DNA of 64,000 nt from Camelus dromedarius (taxonomy: Eukaryota), in assembly GCF_036321535.1 (NCBI RefSeq), contig NC_087437.1:117926001-117990000 (forward strand). Reading direction: 5' to 3'. The position numbers were made by a program, and so were the translations under genes. Of the stretch, positions 1 through 12,640 are shown piece after piece. The notes beneath the pieces were generated by a model. It did no database searches. It had not been told where the DNA came from and was given only the letters and a program-made list of their open reading frames with translations. Position 1 is the first letter of the stretch; every line of letters begins with the position of its first letter.

Positions 1-39
1 AAGCCTTTTGCTCTTTGGTGGGTAATCTATGAGCCTATT

Positions 40-550
40 TTACATGTAAGAATTGCATACATTTTGATCTGGCCTGTCCCCTTCAAAGCCTATCCGACGG
101 GGACATTCATACACGTGCACAGATCAATGTATGCACAAGTAGCCCACTGCAGCATTGTTTAAGAAATGAAAAACTGAAAACGAGTCCAATTGCCAATCAA
201 GGGTGAACACATTAATAATTAGGGTGTATCCATATTATGTAGCCATTTAAAAGTAAGTTAAATCTAGGATACTCCATGGAAAGATCTCCAAGACATAACA
301 TACAGTAATTACAGAACATTATATAATGTCATACACAAAAGACAATGAATGTGTGCACACGTGTGTGTGTGTGGGGGGGATTTCCGTATATATGTGAACA
401 GATATCTGCCAAAACGTTAACTGTATTTGCTTCTAAAGCCATGAGTGGATTAGGAGAAGGGAAGGGGGAATTACATGTTCCATTTCATAGTCTCCTGTAC
501 TTGAATACCCTAAAAGTGCACTACTTGTGCAGATGAAATTTACTTTGAAG
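40..550 (+). mobile_element. Ancient L1M (L1ME-like) 3' region, highly diverged
   Basis: CACTGCAGCATTGTTT...AAAAACTGAAAA, TATGTAGCCATTTAAAAG and GGAAAGATCTCCAAGACATA resemble old L1 3' ends. Confidence 0.65.
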
Positions 551-2554
551 AAAGTGTCAGTATGTGGTGAGCATATGGACCGGACGCAGCAGGTGTAGCC
601 CAAACTCACATGAGCCGCATGGCAGAGGGGAAGGAGACAAGTCTCCAATAGTATTTATGTTGAGAGCAAATGTGTCAAAAGACAGACTTTCGTTTTGCTT
701 GGTTTTCAACCCGATCACATATGTGCCTGCTCACAACCAGAAGGAGAGGCTTTCAATACTTACCCTGGTCTTTGTAATCCTTCCCCTCCAAGCACCTAAC
801 CCCAGTGCCTACGCCATCATCTAGAGGAGCTCCCGGTCTTCCTGAACTATGTTGTGACACACGACTTCACAGCTACCCGCTTTCGGTCTGCTCAGTTGTG
901 TCAGTGTTAGCGCTGCCTTCCCCAGAGGACAGCAGCCTGTCCAAATACAAGGTGATCGCATGTTTGCCTTTCTTACCTGATGCTTCCCTGACCTGGTATG
1001 ATGCTGAATGAAGTGCCTGATGATATACATTGAATTTTCCCCGAAAAAAAAAAAAAATAGCCTCAGTACAACAAGGCATACTACCATTGGGGCCTGCCAT
1101 ATTTATGAAAATATCAAGATATCTAAGAGACAGAAAATTCCTGAAGCCCCAGCTTGGACTTTGAGCTGCTTGGAAGCCCACTTGGCCGGAAAGGGTGAGG
1201 TTACCTCTGCACATGGGGCAGGAGGTTGGACTTGATCTGCAGAGTGATTTGGCAGATAGATGTCTAAATTCTCCCAAAGCAATCTCACTCAGACATTTTC
1301 CTCATGTAAATAAAATTCTCTCAGTGGAATTCTCCTGCAGTTAAATTAGGCTCAATTATACACTGCTAATTTAAGCCTCGGTGCTCCATTCCGACTGTAT
1401 ACCTAATTACCCCATTTAGGCTGTTAATGATCAGATCAGCTCTTGAGCAGATATTTGAGTCTGTCATTAATCTTTCCTCTAGTTAGATTTCTAGTTCTTT
1501 AAAAAACTAAATCCTTGGAAAGGACAGAATTTTGTTTTTAAAGATATTATTTCAAGGAATTTTTTTAAAGAGCCAAAGAAACTTATAAAACTTGAGTTGT
1601 ATCTATTCATGTATATGATGAACAAAAAGAGTTTTGGCCCCTGACCTCTAGGAGCAAGTATTTTAGTTGGAGAGAGAGAAAAAATTAGAAAATAGACCAA
1701 AATTTTTTTTTTAATAAACTGTGAAAAAAATGTTAAAAAAATACACTGTGAAAAGTGCTTGTAAGAGGATTAAGCCAAGATGGTTGAATCCAGATGGAGA
1801 ACTGCTGTGTAGACGTGGGTGTTGGGAGGCAGGGTTTCTGTGGAGGGCGCATTTCGGACAGAGCACAGTGGATGAGAAGAGCAGGGCTGCGAAACAAAAA
1901 GAGAGAAAATGTGCAGAAGTCCTGAGTGCAGCGGCCTGGATGCCAGGATGAGGCAAAGGGACGTGGTCAAAGGTAGCTCCCCCATTTTGGGGAGGTGCTG
2001 ACTGGCTGGAGAAGGACGCCTTTGCTGGGAAAGAGACTTGGATGGGGTGTTGGTTGTCCGTGGGTGACATATTTTGAACTTCTGGGATCAAAAGTGGCCC
2101 CTTGTAGATTGTAGGAAACATAAGGAGAAGAACGTCGTGGAGTCTGCTTGCTGTGTCAGGTTAACTAATCCTTAGAAGAAGTGTATCAACACTATTTCCT
2201 GTCCCCCGAGATCTCTGATTTTGAGGCTGAAAGGGAATTCATATTTCATGCTGATCATGTGTCCCGGTTGAGGTAGGTGCTGATTAAAAGGCAACAAGTT
2301 CAAAAAGGAAAAGAAAGTGAAGAAAGAACAAAGCCCCACACTTGGATCCTCAATGATTGCGCTTTTCCTGTCTTTTATGTTACAGACCCACTTGGAATTG
2401 AAGACCCTGGGCTTACTGGTGAAACGCAGTGAAAATTAATCATAAGGAAAGTCTGTCTGATGCAGATGACAGATGGTTATGGGAAAGAACGTAGAAAAAC
2501 AGGAACCATTAAGAATGAAATAGACACTACATTGTGGCCACTTAATATCATGGG

Positions 2555-2742
2555 GTAATGGTTTTTCACGTGGTAGGGAATGACCTATTAATGGGTTGTG
2601 AAATCAATTTCACGGACTGTAACTTTACTTTTAAAAAATAAAGTAGAGTAGATAGAACGAATCAGCGTGCCTCACAAACAGTCGGTTAAATACTCATGAA
2701 GGCTTTGTTTTAGTTCTAATGTGCCTGTGCAGGGTCGTGTGT
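2555..2742. mobile_element. hAT-Charlie-type MER fragment interrupted by the L1 at 2743
   Basis: GACCTATTAATGGGTTGTGAAATCAATTT...TAGAGTAGATAGAA...CATGAAGGCTTTGTTTTAGTT...GGGTCGTG resembles Charlie-derived MERs. Confidence 0.55.
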
Positions 2743-3116
2743 GTCAGACAAAGAAAGGCAAATCACATATGACATCACTTATATGCAGACTATAAAAAAA
2801 AGATACAAATGAACTTTTTAAAAAGCAGAAACAGACTCCTAGACTTAGAAAACAAACTTATGGTTACCAAAGGGGAAAGGTTGAAGGAGGGATAAACTAG
2901 GAGTTGGGGATTAATAGATATACACTATTATAAATAAAATAGATAAACAACAAGGACCTACTGTACAGCACAGGGAACTATATTCAATATGTCATAATAA
3001 CCCAGAGTGGAAAAGAACCTGAAAAAAATATATGTATGCATATGTGTAACTGAATTACTTTGCTGTACACCTGAGACTAACACAACATTGTTAACCAATT
3101 ATGTTTTAATTAAAAA
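2743..3116 (+). mobile_element. L1 3' end (artiodactyl-type 3' UTR), 5'-truncated
   Basis: AAACAAACTTATGGTTACCAAAGGGGAAAGG...CAAGGACCTACTGTACAGCACAGGGAACTATATTCAATA...GCTGTACACCTGAGACTAACACAACATTG followed by an A-rich end. Confidence 0.92.
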
Positions 3117-3678
3117 GACTTACATAAATATCTTACCATTTACTATGGAAAAACTTGTTTTTTCCACCCAATGTTATGTGTTCTTAAGTTTTATCCATGT
3201 TGCTATAGAGAAATCTAGTCCATTCTTTTTAATAGAAATATAGTATCATTCTGTATAAACATAACTCACTCTAACAACTGCAACGGACCTTACTCGGCAT
3301 ATGAGTTTTTCCAGTTTTTTTCACTGCTGTAAATTTAGCATACAGAACAGTTCCGGGCACATACATACCAGTTATTTATCAAATATCTATCAAATGAACG
3401 AATGAATCCATTCATTCCACTACTGATGGACCTTAAGACTGATGTCAATAGTCCACTATTGCAATAACAAAAAAAGGTTCTTCAAACTTTGACACGATTT
3501 CCTCGGCCCAGATGAGAGAGTTTCACTAGCATGTCTACCTAGATCTGTAATCACTGGGTTGAGAGGTTTTGTGTTTTCCATTTTCCTGGGTCCTCTGCAA
3601 CGCTATGCACCTCCCGACGGCCTGGTGTGACGCACTGTTGGTGTGGGTCCCTGCTCTGGCTGGGTGACCGATGCTCAC

Positions 3679-3843
3679 GAGACCACTGAAGACAGGGTCA
3701 GGGCACTGGCTGCTGCTTTGCAATGCCTCTGCCTCTTCAACTGTAGCTTTGTCTTTTCTTCAAAAGCATTAGACACATTTAAAAAAATTGATGAATCTTC
3801 ATCAGAAAGATGAAGTTGAGTTATTCCAAATAATGAAATAATT
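3679..3843 (-). other. Candidate 165-nt frame-preserving exon
   Basis: Acceptor ttttaccccttttttatacttag and donor gtgagc; one frame is open throughout (IISLFGITQLHLSDEDSSIFLNVSNAFEEKTKLQLKRQRHCKAAASALTLSSVV). Protein not recognised. Confidence 0.3.
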
Positions 3844-5059
3844 CTAAGTATAAAAAAGGGGTAAAATGATTCACAGCCAGTGACAGGGGCCACTTTGGGC
3901 TGTTGGGGTACTGCCATCAATATTGTCTCAGAGCCCTAAAGCAGAGTCCCTTTCCGCCAAGAGTTGGCAGCAGTAACAATAAGCTCAAGGTGGCTCTAGC
4001 CTGGACCATCACACCCCGAGTGCCACAGGTAAACGTTAATGCACGTCGCTGTGTAAAAGCAATACCACGCTCCATTAATCACACCTGCTGCCGTGTAATA
4101 GCCTTGTAGATCTTACCACGGTGCTGCTTTTATTTCGTTTTGCCTCGGGCCACCTCCCAGGCAAATATAAAAGAAATAAGGCTTTTGAAAAGGAATAAAC
4201 ACTTGAATAAAACATACATACTTCTCATTGCAAAGCAACCCTTAATGGGTTTTGTAACCTCCTTAGGAAAATTAAAAGGACCCTAAGTCTTTCTGCAGAT
4301 TTTCAGATTCTGAGACTTTGGTTAAAGGCAATTTTAAAGGCTGTTTCTGACACTTACTGTGAATATGAATGATTGTTATTCACTGCAGAAGGACTGGCGT
4401 GGTGCTGAGGACTCCGTGGTCAGGCATTTGAGGGGCTGCCCACACCCGGCCACTGTGGGGAGAGCGCTTGGCACCCCGCTGGTCTGTCTGAGGCCCAGAG
4501 GACACGGCTGAACACATGTGTGGTGTGGGTGATGCTCTCAGAAATTAAATAGTGAATTCCTGAGGATTTGCGCCACCTTAATACTTCCTCATTAATGACA
4601 CATGATTCTTGCTTTGTTAATCTATAACCACTTCCTATGTTTACTCCTTCTGAGGCTCTGATAGAAACTGGTGATCAGCAAAATTCTATTTTCCCAGGTA
4701 CCTTGTCAAATTACTTTTCAATTTAAAGGGTAAGCAATTATTCTTCTCAATTCCACCTACATTTCTTTTTCATTATTATTTTAATTGCAGTTTTATTATA
4801 CAACCATCTAATGGATTTTCTTTTAGAATACTGAGGAAAAACTCCTCCTTGAATTGATTTTTGGGTATTTCTGTCATGAAAATGGTTTATTTGGAATCTT
4901 ATTTTCCTTTTTTCTCAAATAGTTTAATATGGTTAATAAGTCAAATGTGCACTGGAGAAGCTTTCATTTCTGACAATATAAAGGTTGATTATTATGAAAT
5001 ACTTCCTGGTATAAAAAGTTAAATTCTGGATAAGTATAATAAATACACATTTAAATAAA

Positions 5060-6330
5060 TAGCAGAGTTCTCAAACGAGGAAAATCCTTGGGGTTCTATA
5101 ATGAAGAGGGAATTGAACACTTAGAGCAAAAAGTGTGGCCACAGTTGCTATGGGACATTTTCTCTTCTAGGAAGAAATGAGGAAAGAAGAGAGAAGATTT
5201 TAGGCCTACACAAATTGAGGAAACCTCTACAGAAAACGGTAAACTCACTGAAGGGATAGACCAAAAAAAAAAAAAAAAATCTTAGCAAACACCCATGCCT
5301 GTTCCTGCCTAAGCTTTGGGTAAAAAATATGTCTAACCATAGTACGTACTAGCCTTCTCAAGTTTGGTGTTTAGATTTACCCTCTGCCGGGTCTAAGAAA
5401 CCTCATGCCAAGATATTAACATACAGTGACTCAGTTTCCAAGAGTGTCTTGCAGAAGCAAAGGCAAATTTTCCCTGGAGGACTGAGCCTCCAGGATGTCT
5501 ACAGATAAAGCCCCAATCCTTCCTTCCAATCTGAGCTCCCAGTCCCAAACCACTGAACATATAGGGAACAGATTACCATAAAAGTCAGAAAAAACAAGAG
5601 AGACTTCAGATAATGAAACAACTGAATATAGATTATTCAATAAATATTTTTGAAATGTTTGCAGAAAAAGAAAAGTGAATCAAGAACAAGATAAAGGAAC
5701 AGACTGGTGTCAGAAAAAAAGATAAATCAGATAAAGAATGAAATAGAATGTGCAGGAGTAAAAAAAAAAATAACCCTTGATATAAATATTTAGATTAAAC
5801 ACCATTGGGGAGATTAGTACACAGTAAAATAAATCTAAAGGAATTAGTACCCAGATTATTGCTTAAAGAGAAAAAGAAACATAAACACGAGAGAGAATAA
5901 AGACAGACGAGGGATGCAGATCATATGGCCAATGACAATTTCAGGAAGAGAAAGTAGAAAAAAGTGGCAGACAAACAATATTTGGAGGAAAAATCTGAAA
6001 ATTTGTGAGGATTTGATAAAAACTGAGAGTTTGCCCATAACAGGCTCTCCTCTGGAACTAAAAGACGTGCATCAGGAAAAGCAAGTGTATTCAAGGATGG
6101 AATGATTAACAAAGAAGCTGGTATGACTGCAGAACTCTAAGCAAATAATGACTGGATATACTGATTATAATAATGACTAGTATGACAGGCATGAAAAAAT
6201 AAGACATCTCCAGAACACTGGACAGCAACAGCCTTTAAGGTGGGAGGGATGTCATAGGAGGCAGGGTATTCTGAGGTCCCGTGTTACCCAGCGTGCGGTA
6301 GGTCAGTGATGTTGTATCTGTACTTGGAGA
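5060..6330 (+). mobile_element. Ancient L1M 5'/ORF1 region remnant
   Basis: A-rich, diverged ORF1-like passages (GAAAAATCTGAAAATTTGTGAGGATTTGATAAAA, CAGAACTCTAAG); no intact frame. Confidence 0.5.
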
Positions 6331-6619
6331 AAAGCAATCTCTCTAGTACAGTTATGATACTGACCCACAAATTCCATTTCACTCAGGTCTTCATTGAGCA
6401 GGCACCTACTTACTATTTGAGAATCCAGACCATGCGCCTTATAGCTTACAAAGGGGTTTTATGAATCATCATAGAAAACTACGGGAATAAAGGCCATTTT
6501 AAGACCTTCCATTTTCCACTGATTAGTCAGGCTGTGTTTGAAAATATTTGATAAAATTCTAAGCATTGTCAACTTTACATTTTGAGAATTATGTCCAGTC
6601 TTACTAAAAACTATTAGAA

Positions 6620-6872
6620 ATGATTACTAGGGGAACAGGGGTGGGAAGTGATAAATTTGGGAGTTTGAGATTTGCAAATGTTAACCACTATATATAAAAA
6701 TAGATAAAAAATAAATTTCTTCTGTGTAGCACAGGGAATATATTCAACATCTTGTAATAACCTTTAATGAAAAAGAATATGAAAAAGAATATATGTATCC
6801 AAATGCATGTACATTTCTTGTGCACCAAAAATCGACACATTGTAACTGACTACACTTCAATTAAAAAAAAAA
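6620..6872 (+). mobile_element. L1 3' end, 5'-truncated, with poly(A) and probable TSD
   Basis: GGGAGTTTGAGATTTGCAAATG...GTAGCACAGGGAATATATTCAA...GACACATTGTAACTGACTACACTTCAATT followed by A10. Near-identical 14-mers at 6606-6619 and 6920-6933. Confidence 0.9.
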
Positions 6873-8616
6873 GTTTAACATTTGGAACAATGACAAGAAA
6901 GTAAACACAAATAAAGAATAAAACCTATTAGAATGCATTCCAATGCTAATGAAGTACTGGAGTATTGTTGTATGAATTCACTGCTCTAGGGTAAAGTAAA
7001 TCTTGCTTTTTTTTTAAATTCCCCACATCTTCTTCCCACATTTTCCCACCGAGTAACTGTTTCTAAATTCCATGTAGAACATTCATTTTCGATTGGCTTC
7101 TATGAGCGATTCTCACAGTGTAACATGGTGCACATTCAGAAATCCCATACAACATGGTAAACTTACTTTTCCTTTCAATCTAACTCAACACGTATTTAAT
7201 AAAGGGAGGATACTTCTTTATAAAGGACAAATAAAAATTCCTTGTTTTAAGATAACTTGCTCTCTTCTTGAGAGAGTATGAAAGGGTTTTCTCCAACATA
7301 CATTTTACTCATTTTGATCTCTTCTGATAAATTATTCTCACATCATGCTGAGAAAACTTCCACTTGTCATTTGAGCAAGGATGTGATAAAGTCATTGTAA
7401 ATGTCTAGCATTGAAGCCATTTTTCTTTCATTTCTTGCTATTAAATTTTAATTAGAGAATATCCTTTTAAAATAACCAATATTTTATGAGGAGAAGTAGC
7501 ATAAATGAGGGCCAAAAGGAAAAAGCTAATGTCATAAAAAAGACATCTGATGAATGAGCACCACTTTTTCTCTGGTCCATTCCAAACTGAATCACTGTAT
7601 ATGACAAAAACTGAAAAGGGTTACACCAAATTGGTGCTGAATTTCCATCATAGATCTTTAAGCATGCATTCATACTTTCCAAGTACATTTACAAAATTTT
7701 TTTTGTTGAATTCCCCAAATCATTTTAACTACATGAACCAAGTTGATGAGGATTCAACCATCAAAAAAAAAAAAAAATCTTGAATCTAGAGAAATCTAGA
7801 TTCAACTGACTTACAGTAATGAAAGGAGTTATAAAGCATACCCTCAATTCTTGTTCTAAAAAGAAAATATAACCTGTTATAATCACTGGATGGATAAGCA
7901 CATCCCCAACTTTTTTGCCTGCACTGTTTCCCATTCAGTGGTCACTGCACACATTGTCACAATGCTCACTTGTTGTGTAAGAGGAAACTTGAGGAGAGAC
8001 ATTTCGTGAGACTGTGGGGTGGAGAACGTGCATGCAGCTGAGGGAAAGGACAATACATGGGAGTGAATGGCTCCTTGGAGGAGGACAGATGTGTGACCAC
8101 TGTCTTGGGGATCATCATTACACAGTACTGAGAATCAACCCCAAGTGTCATCACATGTCCACGTGTTCATCATGTGGCTCTCCCTCCTGTTCCCATGAAA
8201 ACCTCTCGGAGAGGAAGTCATCGTATGTGGGAGGGAGAGGCTGATGTCATCCCAGTTTAGTTTTGTCTAATCAAGTTTTTTGACTTCTCTTGCCCAGTTT
8301 CATATTCAAACCTTCTCAGCAGGTGTGTGAGCCTAATCTCAAAATTCAGTCAAAAACTCAATTCTTGTTCTTTTTTTCCCTCCACTGCACACAAGTAAAG
8401 ACCTGGAGTCTGTCAGTCATCTGTTAGACAGAAACAATTTTAGAAGGATCTGTAATAGTCAACCAAGAGATGACAATCTTGGTTTTTGAATGGACAGGAA
8501 CAAAAACAAAGGACTTGAATAATTCATGGCAAGAAGATGGAAGATCTGTGAAGAGTTGATTGCCATTGAAACTTGTTTTGTGTTTTACCCTTGGCTTCAT
8601 CTTTCAATGTGGCATC

Positions 8617-9077
8617 TGTATTAGTTCTTAGGGCTGCCATAAAAAAAAAAGTATATATAAAAAAAAACACAAACTAGGTGGCTTAAACCACAGAAATGTC
8701 TTCTCTCACATTTCTGGAGGCCAGAAGTATGAAACCAGGTTAGTGGCAGGGCCATACTCCCTTGAAAGCCTCCAGGCAGGGCTCCTTCCTTTCTTATTCC
8801 AACTCCTGCGAGCCCCGAGCATTCCTTGGCTTCTGTTCACATAGCTCGAACTCTGCCTCTTCACATGGCCTGTCCTCTCTAAATCTGTGTCCAGATTTCC
8901 CTTTTGTTATAAGGATGCAGTCGTATTGGATTAAGGGCCCCATACTCGTGTCTCACCTCATCTTCATTTAACTAATCACATCTGTAACAGTCTATCTCCA
9001 AGTAAGGTCACATTCTGAGGCACTGAGGGTGAGGGCTTTAATGTGTCATTTTAGGGGACACGATTTAACCTATAACA
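8617..9077 (-). mobile_element. MaLR LTR (MLT1B/C-like solo LTR)
   Basis: TGTATTAGTTCTTAGGGCTGCCATAA...GGTGGCTTAAACCACAGAAATG...TTCTGGAGGCCAGAAG...AAGGTCACATTCTGAGG...GGGGACACGATTTAACCTATAACA. Confidence 0.9.
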
Positions 9078-11739
9078 ACAACTCAAAGCAGTTCATCCTC
9101 TGCCTTCATGAAGAATGAGTTTAAAATAAGAGTGAGCAAACTCAACCTACAGTTCTTTGCAAGGGAAGAGAGGTGGGGAGAGAGTTTCTCCTAAGAGAAT
9201 GGCTTTATTATGAAGAAAGATTTCAAGGTATATAACATTTCACATCAGATGAGTTAGGTGTGTGAAATCACTGTACTCTGGGACCCCTCCAAGGAGCACC
9301 AGTCACCTGAGCAGCCACTGCCAGGTAAGCTGTGTTCATACACAGGTGTAGAGGCTCTTACCCTTGGTAGACCTTGTGGCTGTTAGAATGGGTGTCGATG
9401 TTCATTTACCCACTCAGATGAGCTTTACATAAGAAGCCAATTCTATACTTAAAATCTATAGGTGCATAAACACAAAACACAGAAATCTTGAGGGAAATAA
9501 TTTTAGGCAATATGCCCACCTCCTCTTTGAGATAAAAATGTCACAGTTATTAACACCAATTATAAGCCAAGAGTGCAGATCAGTGAGAACATGAAAGAAC
9601 TCTCGACTTGCTCTAATCAAATGAAATAACGTGCCTGCAAGAGATTTAAAAGTACAACTACAAAGCATTCTCATTTTTCTTCCTTTGGGGAAAAACACTT
9701 TTAATTTTGTCAGCTCGGACTGACAGGTATCCTTCTTTGCAAGTTTGCACCCACCATGGAGTCTCCTCTAGGCAAGCATAAGTACAATGTCAATGACATG
9801 ACCTCTCCAGACGGCCCACTCCATATGAACTGGTGCAGGGAGGTGTCCTCCACTGTGTCCCACACAGCATTAGCCATGTTCACTCAATAAATCCTTGCTT
9901 ACTGACAATGTCTGGAGAAGTATATAATCCCACTGCTTTTCTTGGAAATTCCTTACCATAAAAATTTGAAGAACGTTTAGCCCTATAACATTACTTTGAG
10001 TAGAGTGTGTTACAACGACGCGCAGAGACTAGGAGCTGGAACGTGGCTGTGGCTCATCTCGGATGAAAGGAACTTGACTAGCCCCTTCGCTCTTGCCCTC
10101 CCGGGCAGCAGCAGGTGTGTAGAGCAGCGGTGGGCTTGGGGCTGCGGGAGCTAATACGCATTAAACAACCACCTGAGGTTGAGTCTTCACTTCTTTATCG
10201 TTCTTTTCAGGAGCATTGTTTTACTCCAGTCATTGTCTCCGCGGTCATTCTACACATCCTCATCCAACAGCCCATACGTTTCTCAAATCCCATACCTGAA
10301 CACTCAATGAAGGAGATAAAGTCCTGAGTAACTAGTCTTCTGTGCGTCCTAAGTAGGTAAGCTTATCAATTCCACTTTGTAAAGAAACCCTCCTGTGATA
10401 CATAGTTATAGCATTTATCAAGACTCTAAAAATCATTTAGTGCCCTAGTGTGGACTACAAAGGAACAACTTTTTAAAATTAATTTATTTTTTAATTTTTT
10501 TAAATTAAATTATAGTCAGTTACAATGTGTCAATTTTTGGTGTATAGCCCAATGAACAACATTTGGTAAGCATTTGGAAAATGCAAATACCTATAAACCA
10601 CCCTCAGATGATCAGATCAGAGGTTCATCTATAAGTCATATGCTTCCTAAAACAAAATATGTATGTGTGTGTGTATCTGTCTTAAGCATCCCTCAGAATC
10701 ACAAACAAGGATAAAACACAAATTCATACAACAGCCTAAACTCCAGGATGGAGAATGTGCTACATCTCTTTGATTTGGGGGGAAGACGAGCCACGTGTGA
10801 GACAGAGAACCCTCTGGGCCTGCTCTGAACACTGAGTGCCCTCCCTTGGTTTCTGCCAAGCTCTATGAGATCCAACTGAAGAGATGCTTTCCACAAAGGA
10901 CCAAACAGCAACATCATAGGGAATATAACTTCAGAAGCAAGGGTTATGACTCAGCGAGGTTCTTTAAACCGCGATGCAGGTAAAAAGATAAAGCAAGCAC
11001 ACACATGATTAGCACTCCCAGAGGCTTCTGTTCATAAGACAGTATCAATTTTAGGTGAGCCGAATTTAACAATGAAAAAATATTTTAAAAATACAAACAT
11101 TCAAAAGATAGTAAAATCTACCACTCCTAAAACAAGCATTAAAAGAGCCATGAGGTGATAAATATGTACAGAACTGAACATTCATGCATTGGGTGATAAA
11201 CGTCACTCAAACTCTGCTTCCTTTTGTCCAATATAAGCCTGCATTTAATGCACACGGAGTGCACATCGATGACGTTCTCTACGTCGACTCCACACTGAGA
11301 CCACCAGAGTCTTCTTGGGTGAAAGGTTTAGAAGGCCTTCAAATCTAAAGAGTTCAAAATCAGAGAAATACAGCCTAGAGAACACACTGATTTCCCAACC
11401 CCGCCCACTTCTCAAAGCCACGTCCAAAGAACCTGGTATATACTCCTCACCAGCCGAAGATCTTTCAGGACCTGAGCACGCAGCCTCAGCACAGAGCAGC
11501 ACTCAGTGAACATTAGTTATAAGAAAAGTGACAAATTAATGAATTTCTACCAAGAAGTGAAGTGGTATTTAAAACATGAAAAGACACATTCCAAGCCCTT
11601 GGCAGTTTATATTTTATAGGAGGAGAAAATACAAAGAAAACTCTACCTGAAGAATAACTATTAAATGTATACGTTTATCAGCATATATTTAAAGATTCCA
11701 GCCTGTAGAAATCCATATTTTCATTTTTATAAGATTTTT

Positions 11740-12290
11740 TAAATGACTTTAATGACAAATAGAATTTGGCACAGTGTGAAAATTCTGAAAAACACATAAA
11801 TGTAGAAGAATAAAATGTAAATCCTTCATAATTCCATGACCAAGACACAAGAGCTGTCTGACGAAGAACTGACCACTATTAACATATTTTTGTATTTACT
11901 TCTATTAATTTTTCTACATATATATGCATGTACATTCATATAACTGATACTACATTGTTATTTAAATAGCTTTGCATTCAGTTTATTTTACTCAGTATTT
12001 TTATTATGTGTATATTCAATGGATATTATATGACTGTTACTGAATCATGAATGACTTCCTGTCACTAAAATGCTTTAATACACCATTTTAATACTGTGCA
12101 ATAATCCATTGAGTAGATACACAATAATTTAATTAACCTATCTACTCCTGGGTGCTTCTAATATTTCACTATTATAATTAAAATAAAATAACATAAAAGT
12201 CTCTTATAGATCTTTATCTGTATTTCTAATTATTTCTTTACCTAGGTCCCTAAAGTAAAGTTTCTGGGCTCAAACCTATACTTTTTAAAG
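11740..12290 (-). mobile_element. Ancient L1M fragment
   Basis: AT-rich passages CCACTATTAACATATTTT, ATAATCCATTGAGTAGATACACAATAATTTAATTAACC and TTTCTGGGCTCAAA are typical of reverse-strand old L1 3' regions. Confidence 0.6.
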
Positions 12291-12464
12291 AAAGACATTA
12301 AACTGATGAGTTTTTAGAATAGTTAAGACGTAAGTTCCACAACGTCGCTGTTGGGTGGTTGAACACAAAGGCAATCTGCTTGGCATCTAAATACAGCCGT
12401 GGACCCACACTGTCCCCTTCACTCAAAGTGTTTATGAACATAAGGGGAGACAAAGAGAAAGCAG

Positions 12465-12640
12465 TGATTTTCATTGATTACTGCATTCCAGGCATTTTGC
12501 ATATCTCCTCATTTAATTCCCCCAACACTCTCCCGAGTTGAATGAGGGTCTGAGGTTCAGTACAGTCACATGACTTGAGACTAAGGTCACGTAACACAGG
12601 TTTGCCCAACTGCCAAGGCCACACTCTTGCCACTAGGCCA
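12465..12640 (-). mobile_element. MIR SINE
   Basis: CTCATTTAATTCCCCCAACA...TGAGGTTCAG...TGACTTG...AAGGTCAC MIR core in reverse orientation. Confidence 0.7.
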
